Below, one piece after another: positions 1 through 10,076 of a stretch of 64,000 nt of DNA. Positions within the stretch are counted from its first letter, which is position 1, and each line of letters starts with the position of its first letter. The position numbers and the translations under genes were made by a program. This stretch comes from a bacterium (GTDB taxonomy: Bacteria > Bacillota > Clostridia > Lachnospirales > Lachnospiraceae). The stretch spans positions 78,247 to 142,246 of the forward strand of contig CAVFNN010000002.1 in the NCBI GenBank assembly GCA_963623925.1, written 5' to 3'. The notes beneath the pieces are model-generated. The model did not search any database and was not told where the DNA came from. It saw only the letters and a list, made by a program, of their open reading frames with translations.

Positions 1-359
1 TTTCTTCCACCTCCGGTATGTACGGCACACCGCAGCTGGCCACCTACTGTATGGCGAAGTGGGGCGTGCGTGGCCTCACCAAGACCCTGGCTCAGGAGCT
101 GAAGGGCACCGGTATTGTTGTGAACACGGTTTGTCCCACAAAGGTGAAGACACCCATGTGCGAGACTGAGAGCTATGTGAAGTTTATCAACGATCTGACC
201 GGTAAGAACTTTGCCAACTGGCAGGAAATGTATGACGGCATGCCTTTCCTCGAGGTGGCCGACATTTCCGATATGGTATACTGGCTCGGCACCAGCCGTG
301 CAGCCGGCAAGTTCAGCGGACGGGATCTGGGACTGGATCTCGGCACATTGCAGCAGTAA
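1..359 (+). CDS. SDR family NAD(P)-dependent oxidoreductase, 3' part only (5' end lies outside the window)
   Basis: Catalytic YxxxK (YCMAK) followed by SDR-typical GLTKTLAQEL...VNTVCP; frame is open to the window edge. Confidence 0.85.
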   Translation, partial: SSTSGMYGTPQLATYCMAKWGVRGLTKTLAQELKGTGIVVNTVCPTKVKTPMCETESYVKFINDLTGKNFANWQEMYDGMPFLEVADISDMVYWLGTSRAAGKFSGRDLGLDLGTLQQ

Positions 360-371
360 GGAGGCCGGAAT

Positions 372-1592
372 ATGAAAATCACCAAGGCAACACGCTGGCG
401 GGTTTTCGCCGGTGTCTGGATCCAGAGCCTTTTTACCTCGGCCACTGCATTTTTCAGTCTTTTTGCGCTACCGTTGACCACGAAGTTCGGCTGGAGCAGC
501 TCAGACTTTAGTATGGCCTACACCATTTACATGTTTGTGTACTGCGCCATGGGCTTTGTGGGCGGACTTCTGGCAGAGAAGCTGCAGCCCCGCGTGGCCA
601 TTTACCTGGGCCTCATTTTCTTCGCGGCAGGCTGGTTCCTGACAGGCTTTGCAAGCAGTATTCCACAGCTCTATCTGTTCTATGGCGTTATGGCGGGTGC
701 CGGCGCCGGTACCATTTACCCGGCCTGTCTGCCCACCGCACTGAAGTGGTTTCCGGACAAGAGCGGTTCCATCTCCGGTCTGGTACAGGCCGGTGCCTCC
801 TGCGGCCCCTTCATTATGTCCCCCATCGCCCAGTGGCTGATTGAAACCCAGGGCGCGCAGAATGCCTGCCGGATCCTGGCCATCGTATTCCTGATTGGCG
901 TCGGTGCTGTGGCATGGATGATCATTCCCTGTCCGGAAGGCTGGATGCCGGAGGGCTGGACTCCGACTGCTTCCCAGGCCAAGGAACTCAATGCACGGAA
1001 TTACAACATCCCGGCTATGGTGAAGACACCCGTCTTTTGGGTAATGTTGGTGATGTTCATTTTTGCCAACGCAGCCGGTACCATGATGGTCAGCGCCACT
1101 TCCCCCATCGCCCAGAACCAGATCGGTCAGAGTGCGATGACAGCGGCAATGTGTGTTTCCATCATGACCCTCGCCAATATGTGCGGCCGTATCGGTTTCG
1201 GCTTCATCTACGATCGTCTGAAGGGCTGGAACTCTCTGGTACTGGTACTGGTGCTGAATGGTTTGTCCATGTGCATGCTGACCATTGCCCATTCTCTGCC
1301 GTACTTCATTGCCTGCATCTGCCTGGTGGGCTTCTCCTTCGGCGGACTCCTGGTGGTGTTCGCACCGATTGTGAAGAATGTCTTCGGCAGCAAGTTCTAT
1401 AACCGGAACTACGGCCTTATCTTCATCGGCTACGGCGTCGGTGCCTTCGTGGGACCGAAGATCAGCGCCAGCTTCTATGACAGCACGGGTTCCTACGTGA
1501 TGGGCTATATCGGTTCCGCTATCCTGGCGGCTGCGGCTGTGGTGCTTGTCTTCGTAGCGCGGAAATTGACCGAAAAAATGCAGGAAGCATAA
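372..1592 (+). CDS. MFS transporter, oxalate/formate antiporter (OFA)-like
   Basis: 406 aa, about 12 hydrophobic segments, KWFPDKSGxxSG and FGxKxYxxNYG motifs typical of OFA-family MFS; GGAGG RBS. Confidence 0.8.
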   Translation: MKITKATRWRVFAGVWIQSLFTSATAFFSLFALPLTTKFGWSSSDFSMAYTIYMFVYCAMGFVGGLLAEKLQPRVAIYLGLIFFAAGWFLTGFASSIPQLYLFYGVMAGAGAGTIYPACLPTALKWFPDKSGSISGLVQAGASCGPFIMSPIAQWLIETQGAQNACRILAIVFLIGVGAVAWMIIPCPEGWMPEGWTPTASQAKELNARNYNIPAMVKTPVFWVMLVMFIFANAAGTMMVSATSPIAQNQIGQSAMTAAMCVSIMTLANMCGRIGFGFIYDRLKGWNSLVLVLVLNGLSMCMLTIAHSLPYFIACICLVGFSFGGLLVVFAPIVKNVFGSKFYNRNYGLIFIGYGVGAFVGPKISASFYDSTGSYVMGYIGSAILAAAAVVLVFVARKLTEKMQEA

Positions 1593-1679
1593 AATGTAAA
1601 CAGAATAAAAAGAAAGTTACAAGGACAGTAAAATCTGCTAAACTATAAAGAGAAGATATATGGGAGATAATGCAGAATC

Positions 1680-2699
1680 ATGAATTTACTGTCCTTATGG
1701 CTTATCAATTGCATACTGGTGGTGGTTTTTGCGCTGGCCTTTGTGGTGTCGGTGCGCAAGGAGCGGCGTCGCTTCCGCAATGCGGTTTTTCTGGGCGGCG
1801 CCATTCATTTTGCCATTTATGCCATCATGGAATATACACGTCCGAATTTACCCTTTGTGTTGATCCGCTTGGATATTTTTACCTTTGGTTTTTTGCTGGT
1901 GCTTCTGTTGGGTTCTGTAGTATTGTATGCAGACAGCTGGGTCCTGTGGCACCGGGAGGGACCGGGAAGAACAGCGTTGCTCCCGGCTGCGGCCGCCAGC
2001 ATTTCCCTGCTCCTGGCCTTCGGCTTCTTGGCCATCGCCCGGCTGACCTTCAACATTCTGTGGCTTAGGGTCATCAACATGACCATCATGTTTATCCTGT
2101 TCTTCAATACTTTTGTTTTTGTCACGTTGGTGTTGTATACGCTGATCTATTCTGGTATGCCGGTGCGGCGGGATTTTGACTATATCGTGATCCATGGCGC
2201 AGGGCTTCTGGGCGGCAATCGAATTTCCAAGCTTCTGGCATCCCGTATCGACAAGGCCATCGAGGTATATGAGCTCTGCGGACGGCGGGCGAAGCTGATT
2301 CCCTCCGGCGGAAAGGGCAGTGATGAGAGCATATCCGAGGCGGAAGCGATCCGGGACTATCTGCTGGAAAAGGGAATTCCGGCAGAGGATATCCTGATCG
2401 AAAATCGCTCTACCACAACCATGGAAAATCTGCGCTATTCCCGGGAACTCATCGAAGCCCGGGATACGAAACGTCCCTATCGCTGTGTCTTTGTCACCAG
2501 CAACTATCACGTGCTGCGGACGGCGGTATATGCCCGAAAGGCAGGGTTGAACGGGGAGTGCGTGGGTGCGCCTACCCGGATGTACTACTGGCTCAGTGCT
2601 TTTCTGCGGGAATACGCGGCGATTCTCGAGGCGAATAAGGCAGCGGCCATTCTGTGGATCATCGCCTGGTGGCTGTGGTTTTTGTGGGAACATGTATAA
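1680..2699 (+). CDS. YdcF/DUF218 (ElyC/SanA-like) membrane protein
   Basis: N-terminal TM helices, then IVIHGAG, SGGKGSDE, SEAEA, ENRSTTTMENL and VTSNYH motifs. Confidence 0.85.
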   Translation: MNLLSLWLINCILVVVFALAFVVSVRKERRRFRNAVFLGGAIHFAIYAIMEYTRPNLPFVLIRLDIFTFGFLLVLLLGSVVLYADSWVLWHREGPGRTALLPAAAASISLLLAFGFLAIARLTFNILWLRVINMTIMFILFFNTFVFVTLVLYTLIYSGMPVRRDFDYIVIHGAGLLGGNRISKLLASRIDKAIEVYELCGRRAKLIPSGGKGSDESISEAEAIRDYLLEKGIPAEDILIENRSTTTMENLRYSRELIEARDTKRPYRCVFVTSNYHVLRTAVYARKAGLNGECVGAPTRMYYWLSAFLREYAAILEANKAAAILWIIAWWLWFLWEHV

Positions 2700-2729
2700 T
2701 AAGTCGGTACGCGTGCTGCCGGTACAATG

Positions 2730-2760
2730 AAGAAGCCCCCGCGGAATGCGGGGGCTTCTT
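2730..2760. terminator. Putative bidirectional intrinsic terminator between convergent genes
   Basis: 13-bp perfect stem AAGAAGCCCCCGC-GGAAT-GCGGGGGCTTCTT between the ydcF-like and DUF1445 stop codons. Confidence 0.8.
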
Positions 2761-2779
2761 GTTGCTTTCTGACGGGGAA

Positions 2780-3607
2780 TTACTGCTTTCCCTGTTTCTT
2801 TTCTTCCAGATAATCGTTCAAGGTAGCATTGGGAATATCGGTGATGAACATATGTCCCGGGGCATGGGTGATGACGATGGGCGGCTTGGCATTTTCCACA
2901 GCGGCCTGGGGGGTCACACCACAGGGCCAGAATACCGGGATCTCACCCGGGTAAATGTCTACGGCCTCGCCGTAATCCGGCTTCATCACATCGGTAACGC
3001 CCACTTCCTTTGGATCGCCCATGTGGACCGGTGCACCGTGTACATTGGGCATCTTTACGGTGATGTCATAGGCCTTCTGTGCATTTTCCGGTGTCATGGG
3101 ACGCATGGAGCAAACCATGGGGCCGGAGAAAGGACCGGCGGGTACCGTCTGGATATTGGTTTTGAACATGGGAACGTTTCTTCCCTGGGCAATGTGGCGG
3201 ATTTCAATGCCTTCCCGCATCAGTGCTTCTTCAAAGGAGAAGGAGCAGCCGATCAGGAAGCCCACATAGCCTTCCTTCCAGTAGTCGGAGGCATCGGTGA
3301 TTTCCTTCACGAAAACACCATTTTCATAGATGCGGTACTTGGGAATGTCCGTGCAGATATTGCCGCCTTCGCCCATGTCATGGGTTTCCGGTGTGCCCTT
3401 GATGATCTCCAGGATGGGGCAGGGGAAGGGATTCTTCTTGGCATATTCCTCGAAATCTGCAGCGTATTCCGGCGGCAGAATCACGAGATTTGCCTGGGCA
3501 TAACCGCGGCACATACCGGCGGTGGGGAAGTCAATGACGCCTTCGCGGATCAGTGCGCGTACCGCACTGGGGGACATGTCTACATAGGGTGTGATGTCAA
3601 ATGCCAT
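2780..3607 (-). CDS. DUF1445/UPF0317 putative hydro-lyase (D-glutamate cyclase-like)
   Basis: QANLVILP, GFLIGCSFSFE, PVFWPCGVTPQ and ITHAPGHMFITD motifs; GGAGG RBS on the minus strand. Confidence 0.9.
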   Translation of the reverse strand: MAFDITPYVDMSPSAVRALIREGVIDFPTAGMCRGYAQANLVILPPEYAADFEEYAKKNPFPCPILEIIKGTPETHDMGEGGNICTDIPKYRIYENGVFVKEITDASDYWKEGYVGFLIGCSFSFEEALMREGIEIRHIAQGRNVPMFKTNIQTVPAGPFSGPMVCSMRPMTPENAQKAYDITVKMPNVHGAPVHMGDPKEVGVTDVMKPDYGEAVDIYPGEIPVFWPCGVTPQAAVENAKPPIVITHAPGHMFITDIPNATLNDYLEEKKQGKQ

Positions 3608-3682
3608 AGTACTACCTCCTGTTTAATGCTTTACAATGTTAAATTGCTAATAGCGTCATGATAATGAAAAATCGAACGAAAA

Positions 3683-4678
3683 TCAAGTCTCCGAAGAAAT
3701 TTCGTCAATAAGACGAAGTTCTTCTTCTGTGAAGGGTGCGGAATCGATGGCTTTCAGATTGTCGAGAATCTGTTGTGTCTTGGAAGCGCCGATCAATACA
3801 CTGGTGACCACCGGCTGCTGCAGAAGCCATGCCAAGGCCATATCCGCCAGCTTTTCACCCCGGGCTGTGGCGAGATCATTCAGGCGGCGGATCTGGGAGA
3901 GTCGTGCGTCTGTGAGGATACTCTCCTTCAGGAAGCGGCCATCGGTACGGATTCGGCTGTCTGCCGGGATGCCGTGGAGATAGCGGTCGGTCAGCTGACC
4001 CTGGGCCAGAGGACTGAAGGTAATGAGGCCCTTTTCCAGCTTGGCGGCCATTTTCTTGAGTCCGTTCTTCTCCACAGTACGATCAAAGATGGAGTAGCGG
4101 TTCTGGTTGATGACGAAGGGACAGTGCAGCTCTTGCAGAATGGCTGTGGCCTTCTCCAGGGTGGGGCCGTCATAATTGGAGAGACCGACATAGAGGGCCT
4201 TGCCGCTCTGCACCGCTGTGGCCAATGCGCCCATGCTTTCCTCCAGCGGGGTATTGGGATCCATCCGGTGATGGTAGAAAATATCCACGTAGTCAAGGCC
4301 CAGGCGTTTGAGACTCTGGTCCAGGCTCGCCAGCAGATATTTCCGGCTGCCCCAGTTGCCGTAGGGGCCGTTCCACATGACATAGCCTGCCTTGGTGGAG
4401 ATCAGAAGCTCATCCCGGTAGACGCCCAGATCCTCCTTCAGGATCCGACCGAAGTTTTTCTCGGCGCTGCCCGGCTCCGGGCCGTAGTTGTTGGCCAGGT
4501 CGAAGTGGGTGATGCCGTTGTCGAAGGCCGTGAAGCAGAGCTGCTTCATGTTCTCGAAATTGGACATGTCACCGAAATTGTGCCAGAGACCCAGGGAAAC
4601 CCGGGGCAGCTGCAGACCGCTGTGTCCTGCATAGGAATAGCGCATTTTGTCATATCTTTCACTCTTGGCTGTATACAT
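3683..4678 (-). CDS. Aldo/keto reductase, L-glyceraldehyde-3-phosphate reductase (Gpr/YghZ)-like
   Basis: SLGLWHNFG, THFDLANNYGP, STKAGY, GSRKYL, DYVDIFYHHR. Confidence 0.9.
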   Translation of the reverse strand: MYTAKSERYDKMRYSYAGHSGLQLPRVSLGLWHNFGDMSNFENMKQLCFTAFDNGITHFDLANNYGPEPGSAEKNFGRILKEDLGVYRDELLISTKAGYVMWNGPYGNWGSRKYLLASLDQSLKRLGLDYVDIFYHHRMDPNTPLEESMGALATAVQSGKALYVGLSNYDGPTLEKATAILQELHCPFVINQNRYSIFDRTVEKNGLKKMAAKLEKGLITFSPLAQGQLTDRYLHGIPADSRIRTDGRFLKESILTDARLSQIRRLNDLATARGEKLADMALAWLLQQPVVTSVLIGASKTQQILDNLKAIDSAPFTEEELRLIDEISSET

Positions 4679-4814
4679 GATTTGCCTCCTTTTTTGTCTT
4701 TTTCAGTATACATTTCAATTGCAGATTTGAAAAGGAGGGAATTTCCTGCACATATGGCGGTATCTTCGGAAAGATGCTATACTTAGCATCAAATTGTGTG
4801 AGATTAGGAGATAT

Positions 4815-6188
4815 ATGATGAAAAAAATGCGCACAATCTCATTCGCTATCCTGCTGATGTTGCTGACCTCACTCCTGCTGTCTTCCTGCGGCAGTCAGGA
4901 AATGGTAACCGTGACGCTATGGCATGTTTACGGTGTAGAAGAGGATTCGCCCTTGAACGATCTCGTAGACGAATTCAATGAAACGGTGGGAAAAGACAAG
5001 AACATCCGTGTGGAGGTCACCAGCGTTAGCGACACCAACAACATTCATGATAAGGTGTTGGCGGCGGCCAGGGGAGAAGAGGGAGCAGAGGATCTGCCCG
5101 ATATGTTCGTTTCCTATCCGAAGACCGTGCTGGCCATGCCGGACAGCTCGATTCTCGTGAACTACCGGGATTATTTTTCCAATGATGAACTCTCGAGATT
5201 TGTGCCGGAATTTATGCAGGAGGGCATGATCAACGGAAAAGAGCTGGTGCTGCCGGTGGCGAAGTCCACAGAAATCCTTTTCGTCAATAAGACTGCCTTT
5301 GATCGCTTCGCCAATGCCACAGGGGCACAGATTTCTGACCTGCGTACCTGGGAGGGACTTTTCAAGGTGGCACGGAAATATACCCAATGGCAGAAGCAGC
5401 GCACAAACAATGATAAAAATACCAAGGCTTTCCTAGCCCATGACAGCTATTTCGACTATTTCCAGGTGGGTGTGACTTCGCTGGGGGGCAGCTTCTTTAA
5501 CGATGAGGGTACCGCCATCAGTTACAGTCCTGTTTTCGACAGAGTATGGAGGTCCTATGCGGAGGCAGCTGCAGAGGGTGCGGTATGGCTCGGCAGTGGC
5601 TATGCGTCTCAGGCCATGAAGACCGGGGATGCCGTTGCTGTGGTGGCCTCTTCTGCCAGTGTGCGCTATTTCTCAGATACGGTGACCTATGCGGACAAAT
5701 CCACAGAGCAGATCAGCATCATCAGTCTTCCCAGCCCGACTTTTATCGGCGGTGAGAAGCTGACCATGCAGCGCGGTGCCGGCATTTGCACCGTGAAATC
5801 CACGCCCCGGCGAGAAAAGGCCTGTGTGACCTTCCTGAAGTGGCTGACAGAAACGGAAAGAAATGTGAAATTTGCGACGAGCCTTGGCTATATGCCGGTA
5901 AAGAAGGAAGCTTTTTCGTCTTATCTGCCCCAGGCCATCAGCGATTTGACAGACCCCATGTACATTTCCATGTATCAGGCCTTCATGCATGCAAAGGCAG
6001 AATACAAGTTCTATACGCCGCCCCAGTATGATGATTACCTGGATATGGAAACTGAATTTGAGGACATGGCCAGGGAAAAGCTGCAGATCGCGGCAGAGAG
6101 CTATGCGGAGGATTCTGGTCAGACGGCAGAGGAGCTGGCGGCGTTGTCCCTCCAGAGCTTTATTCGGGATTATGAGACAGAGAAGTAG
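4815..6188 (+). CDS. Extracellular solute-binding lipoprotein (SBP family 1)
   Basis: Lipobox LSSC, TVTLWH, FLKWLT and GYMPV; AGGAG RBS; extended -10 TGCTATACT upstream. Confidence 0.8.
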   Translation: MMKKMRTISFAILLMLLTSLLLSSCGSQEMVTVTLWHVYGVEEDSPLNDLVDEFNETVGKDKNIRVEVTSVSDTNNIHDKVLAAARGEEGAEDLPDMFVSYPKTVLAMPDSSILVNYRDYFSNDELSRFVPEFMQEGMINGKELVLPVAKSTEILFVNKTAFDRFANATGAQISDLRTWEGLFKVARKYTQWQKQRTNNDKNTKAFLAHDSYFDYFQVGVTSLGGSFFNDEGTAISYSPVFDRVWRSYAEAAAEGAVWLGSGYASQAMKTGDAVAVVASSASVRYFSDTVTYADKSTEQISIISLPSPTFIGGEKLTMQRGAGICTVKSTPRREKACVTFLKWLTETERNVKFATSLGYMPVKKEAFSSYLPQAISDLTDPMYISMYQAFMHAKAEYKFYTPPQYDDYLDMETEFEDMAREKLQIAAESYAEDSGQTAEELAALSLQSFIRDYETEK

Positions 6189-6204
6189 AGGAAAGTCAAA
6201 AGAT

Positions 6205-6948
6205 ATGAAGCAGAATTATAAGATGATTTTGAGCTATGACGGTTCACGATACTACGGCTGGGAGCATCAGCCCAATACAGAACTCACCATACAGGGAAAG
6301 CTGGAGACCGTGCTTTCCCGACTGACGGGAGAGGCGGTTACGGTCATTGGCGCGGGACGTACCGATGCGGGGGTGCATGCCCGGGGTATGTGTGCCAATG
6401 CTTTGCTGGACACAGAGCTGTCTGAGGACGAGATCCGGGCATATATGAACCGCTATCTGCCTGAGGACATCAGCATCAATGAGCTGAAGCGCTGCGGAGA
6501 CCGCTTTCATGCCCGCTTCAAGGCCAGCGGCAAGACCTATCGCTACAGCTGCTGGTATGGTGAGCAGAAACCCGTTTTTGAGCGGAAGTATGTCCGGGTA
6601 CTGGAGCAGAAGCCGGATATTGCGAAAATGAAGGCGGCGGCCCAATATCTCATCGGAGAGCATGATTTCAAGTCCTTCTGCGGCAATTCCAAAATGAAGA
6701 AGTCCACGGTGCGGAAGATCGACAGCATTGACATCACGGAAAATGGCTCCTATATCCGTTTCTATTTTCACGGCACGGGCTTTCTGCAGAACCAGGTGCG
6801 CATCATGACCGGCACTCTGCTGGAGGTGGGATTCGGGAAGCGTTCTCCGGAGGAAGTCGGGGAAATCCTGGAGAAGCGGGACCGGAAGGCGGCGGGCTTC
6901 ACGGCGGAGCCCCAGGGACTCTGTCTCATGAAGGTGGATTACGAGTAA
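6205..6948 (+). CDS. truA: tRNA pseudouridine(38-40) synthase
   Basis: SYDGSRYYGW, GAGRTDAGVHA, FHARF, HDFKSF, GFLQNQVR. Confidence 0.95.
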   Translation: MKQNYKMILSYDGSRYYGWEHQPNTELTIQGKLETVLSRLTGEAVTVIGAGRTDAGVHARGMCANALLDTELSEDEIRAYMNRYLPEDISINELKRCGDRFHARFKASGKTYRYSCWYGEQKPVFERKYVRVLEQKPDIAKMKAAAQYLIGEHDFKSFCGNSKMKKSTVRKIDSIDITENGSYIRFYFHGTGFLQNQVRIMTGTLLEVGFGKRSPEEVGEILEKRDRKAAGFTAEPQGLCLMKVDYE

Positions 6949-6969
6949 GGCGTCGTGCAGGGGAGAAAT

Positions 6970-8337
6970 ATGAAAAAGAAGCTTTGGAAGGGCTGTGGCA
7001 TTGCGGCCCTGGTGCTGCTCTCAGCTTACCTTCTGACCGCAGCCTTTTTTTATGAACGGATGATGCCGGGCACCTATGTGAACAACATCGATGTATCCCT
7101 CATCAGCCGGAGTGAAGTCGAGAATTTTCTGAACACCCACAGCGTGTCCGACTATTGTCTCACGGTGACGGACATCCACGGCGAGAATACAGCGATTCAG
7201 GCCGAAGACATTGGACTGAAGGAGCAGTATCATACGGAGAATCTGGCGTGGCAGAACCCGCTGCTGTTCCCGTGGTATATGTGGACCGGCAGCAATATGA
7301 CGGTAAACTACGACATCGTTTTTGACGAGGAAAAGCTCGCGGCGATCGTGCAGGAGAAGCTGCTGACGCCGGGAGAGGCGGGCTATACCGCGCCTAGAAA
7401 TGCCTATGTGTCTGACTATATTTATGGCAGCGGCTATATCATGGTGCCGCCGGATGATGGTGATACGCCCATTCCGGAGAAGGTGCAAAGCGTGGTGCAG
7501 GAGGCGGTTTACGCGGAATCTGCTGCGTTAAACCTGCAGGACATGGACTGTTATGAGAAGGCGGAGATCCGGGAGGATGATCCGGAACTCTTGCAGCTTC
7601 TCGCGCAGAAGCAATCCGAGGTGTCGGCGGTGATCACCTACCAGTTCGGTTCCGAGAGCCGGGTGGTGAATAGTGATGTGTACTATCCCTGGCTGACGGT
7701 CCATGAGGACGGCACGAAGGAATTGGACAAGGCAGCAGTGCGGGCCTATGTGGACGCCCTGAAGGAAGAGACGGATACCGCGGGCACAACGCGGGATTTC
7801 GTCACGGCGGATGGCCGCACGGTGCAGGTTACCGGACCCTTTGGTTACAAAATGTCCGCGAAGAAGGAGACAGCGCAGCTCATGGCGGATATCTTGTCCG
7901 GCGAGCAGATCACCCGGGAACCCATTTATACCCGTGTGGGGATTCAGCGGGATGCGCCGGAGTACGGCAGCTCCTATGTGGAGGTGGATCTCACGAAGCA
8001 GAAGGTCTATCTCTTTGTGGACGGGCAGCAGATCCTGGAAACGGACTGTGTCACCGGCAACGCGAGACGCCGGATGAACACGCCAGAGGGCATTTATTCC
8101 ATGACCTATAAGACGAAAAATGCCACACTGCGGGGGCCGGGATATGCCACCCACGTCAATTACTGGATGCCTTTCAATAAGGGAATCGGTCTTCATGACG
8201 CCACCTGGCGCAACAAGTTCGGCGGCGAAATCTATGCCCGCAACGGCTCCCATGGCTGCGTCAACCTGCCGCTGGAGGCCGCGAAGACCATTTATGAATA
8301 CGTGGGGAAGGGCTTCCCTGTGATTTGTCATGCTTAA
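6970..8337 (+). CDS. L,D-transpeptidase (YkuD domain) with N-terminal anchor and peptidoglycan-binding-type region
   Basis: N-terminal TM; C-terminal VEVDLTKQ, TPEG, IGLHDA...GSHGCVN catalytic His/Cys motif. Confidence 0.9.
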   Translation: MKKKLWKGCGIAALVLLSAYLLTAAFFYERMMPGTYVNNIDVSLISRSEVENFLNTHSVSDYCLTVTDIHGENTAIQAEDIGLKEQYHTENLAWQNPLLFPWYMWTGSNMTVNYDIVFDEEKLAAIVQEKLLTPGEAGYTAPRNAYVSDYIYGSGYIMVPPDDGDTPIPEKVQSVVQEAVYAESAALNLQDMDCYEKAEIREDDPELLQLLAQKQSEVSAVITYQFGSESRVVNSDVYYPWLTVHEDGTKELDKAAVRAYVDALKEETDTAGTTRDFVTADGRTVQVTGPFGYKMSAKKETAQLMADILSGEQITREPIYTRVGIQRDAPEYGSSYVEVDLTKQKVYLFVDGQQILETDCVTGNARRRMNTPEGIYSMTYKTKNATLRGPGYATHVNYWMPFNKGIGLHDATWRNKFGGEIYARNGSHGCVNLPLEAAKTIYEYVGKGFPVICHA

Positions 8338-8350
8338 GGAGTGATTTTTT

Positions 8351-9133
8351 ATGAAAAACAGAAGAATACAGAGGACTTTGCTGCTTGGGATAATGCTTTC
8401 GGCCCTCAGCTGCCCGGCTGTGGCCTACGCGGAGCTTGGCCCGGGGCTTGGGATGGCGTCAGCGGCGCAGGTGAATCAGAGCACCCAAAGTGCAGCAGTT
8501 GAGAATACAGCAGCCACAGACACTGTGTCGACGGGGACAACGTCCCGTCTGGCGTCACTTCTCCAGAACACGGCAACAGCGAAGAAAACAGATCAGATCA
8601 TCCTGGTGGTGGATCATCAGCTGAGTCTCTGGAACAAGCAGAGTGACGGCAGCTTTACAAATGCGCTGTCCTGCTATGCCGGTTATGGTCGGAATGGTCT
8701 TCGGCTTGCGGAAGAGCGGCATGAGGGAGACGGTACCACACCCATCGGCAGCTTCCCGATTCTCCTGGCCTTTGGCCAGGGCAGTAACCCGGGAACTTCC
8801 ATGACCTGGCGGCAGATCACCGCCCAGTCCTACTGGTCCGGCGAGGAAAGCACCTACAATACCTGGGTGGAGAGCAGTACGCCCATCGGCGGCGAGCACC
8901 TGCAGGACTACCAGGTCTGCTATGAATATGCCATGGCGGTGGGCTTCAACACGAATCCTACGGTATACAAGCGAGGCTCGGCCATCTTCCTGCATGTGAA
9001 GGACCCGGCGAGCTGGAGCTCCAGCGGCTGCGTCAGTGTGGAGAGAGAACAGATGCTGGCCCTTCTTTCCGCTTGCCATGACGGTGCCTATATCATGATC
9101 GTGCCGACTGCGGAAGATATTGCGGGATATTAA
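8351..9133 (+). CDS. Secreted YkuD-like L,D-transpeptidase family protein
   Basis: Signal peptide; EGDGTTPIG and GSAIFLH...SSGCV motifs. Confidence 0.8.
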   Translation: MKNRRIQRTLLLGIMLSALSCPAVAYAELGPGLGMASAAQVNQSTQSAAVENTAATDTVSTGTTSRLASLLQNTATAKKTDQIILVVDHQLSLWNKQSDGSFTNALSCYAGYGRNGLRLAEERHEGDGTTPIGSFPILLAFGQGSNPGTSMTWRQITAQSYWSGEESTYNTWVESSTPIGGEHLQDYQVCYEYAMAVGFNTNPTVYKRGSAIFLHVKDPASWSSSGCVSVEREQMLALLSACHDGAYIMIVPTAEDIAGY

Positions 9134-9191
9134 ATATCGCTCCGGGTTCAGCGACAGCTTTAAAGTCTACATACTATTTGAGGTTTAAGTT

Positions 9192-10076
9192 ATGCATTGG
9201 AAAAGATCTGCTGCCCGGGACTACCTGATGATGACCGTCGGGGTCTGTCTCATGGCGGTTGCCGGCAGCAATATTTATGATTCCATGGGACTCGTTACGG
9301 GAGGCGTAACGGGTCTCGCCATTATATTGAAAAAGCTGTTGGGGCTTCCCCTCTGGCTCAGCAATACCGTCATTAACATCCCGCTCTTTGTGGCGGGCTA
9401 TTTTGTCTGCGGCAAAAAATTTATCGGCCGCACCATCTACGCCACACTGTTCACCTCCCTGGTGTTTATGCTCCTTCCGGCGGTGGAATTGATCCCCAAT
9501 GAGGATCTGTTCCTGGGATCTGTCTTCGGCGGCATCCTTATGGGACTGGGCGGCGGTCTCGTCTTCATTGCCCATGCCACCACGGGCGGCACGGACCTTT
9601 TGGCGGCGATCCTCCAGAAGCTCTTCTTCCGGCATCTGAGTCTGCCCCAAGTCATGCAGGTATTGGACGGCATCATTGTCCTCATCGGTCTCGGTATTTT
9701 CGGCATTACCAATAGCCTCTATGCCATTGTTTCCATCTATATCTTCACGAAGATTTCCGACAGCCTCATCGACGGTATGCACTTCGCGAAGGCCGTTTAT
9801 ATCATTTCTCCGAAGACGAAGGAAATCGCGGACCGGATCCTGTCGGAGCTGGACCGGGGCGTGACGGGCATCGCCGCCCGGGGCATGTACTCGGATGAAA
9901 AACGGGAAATGCTGTACTGCGTATTGTCCAATCGGGAGACCACAACATTGAAGGACCTGGTATCGGAGATCGATCCCCAGGCCTTCGTCATTGTTTCGGA
10001 TGTGCGGGAGGCGCTGGGCGAGGGCTTTACCCGGGAAAAGGTATACAGAGAAGAGGAGAAAAGCAGCAAAACATGA
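9192..10076 (+). CDS. YitT family membrane protein (DUF161/DUF2179)
   Basis: TGGVTG, TTGGTD, RGVT and DPQAFV...EALGEGF motifs. Confidence 0.9.
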   Translation: MHWKRSAARDYLMMTVGVCLMAVAGSNIYDSMGLVTGGVTGLAIILKKLLGLPLWLSNTVINIPLFVAGYFVCGKKFIGRTIYATLFTSLVFMLLPAVELIPNEDLFLGSVFGGILMGLGGGLVFIAHATTGGTDLLAAILQKLFFRHLSLPQVMQVLDGIIVLIGLGIFGITNSLYAIVSIYIFTKISDSLIDGMHFAKAVYIISPKTKEIADRILSELDRGVTGIAARGMYSDEKREMLYCVLSNRETTTLKDLVSEIDPQAFVIVSDVREALGEGFTREKVYREEEKSSKT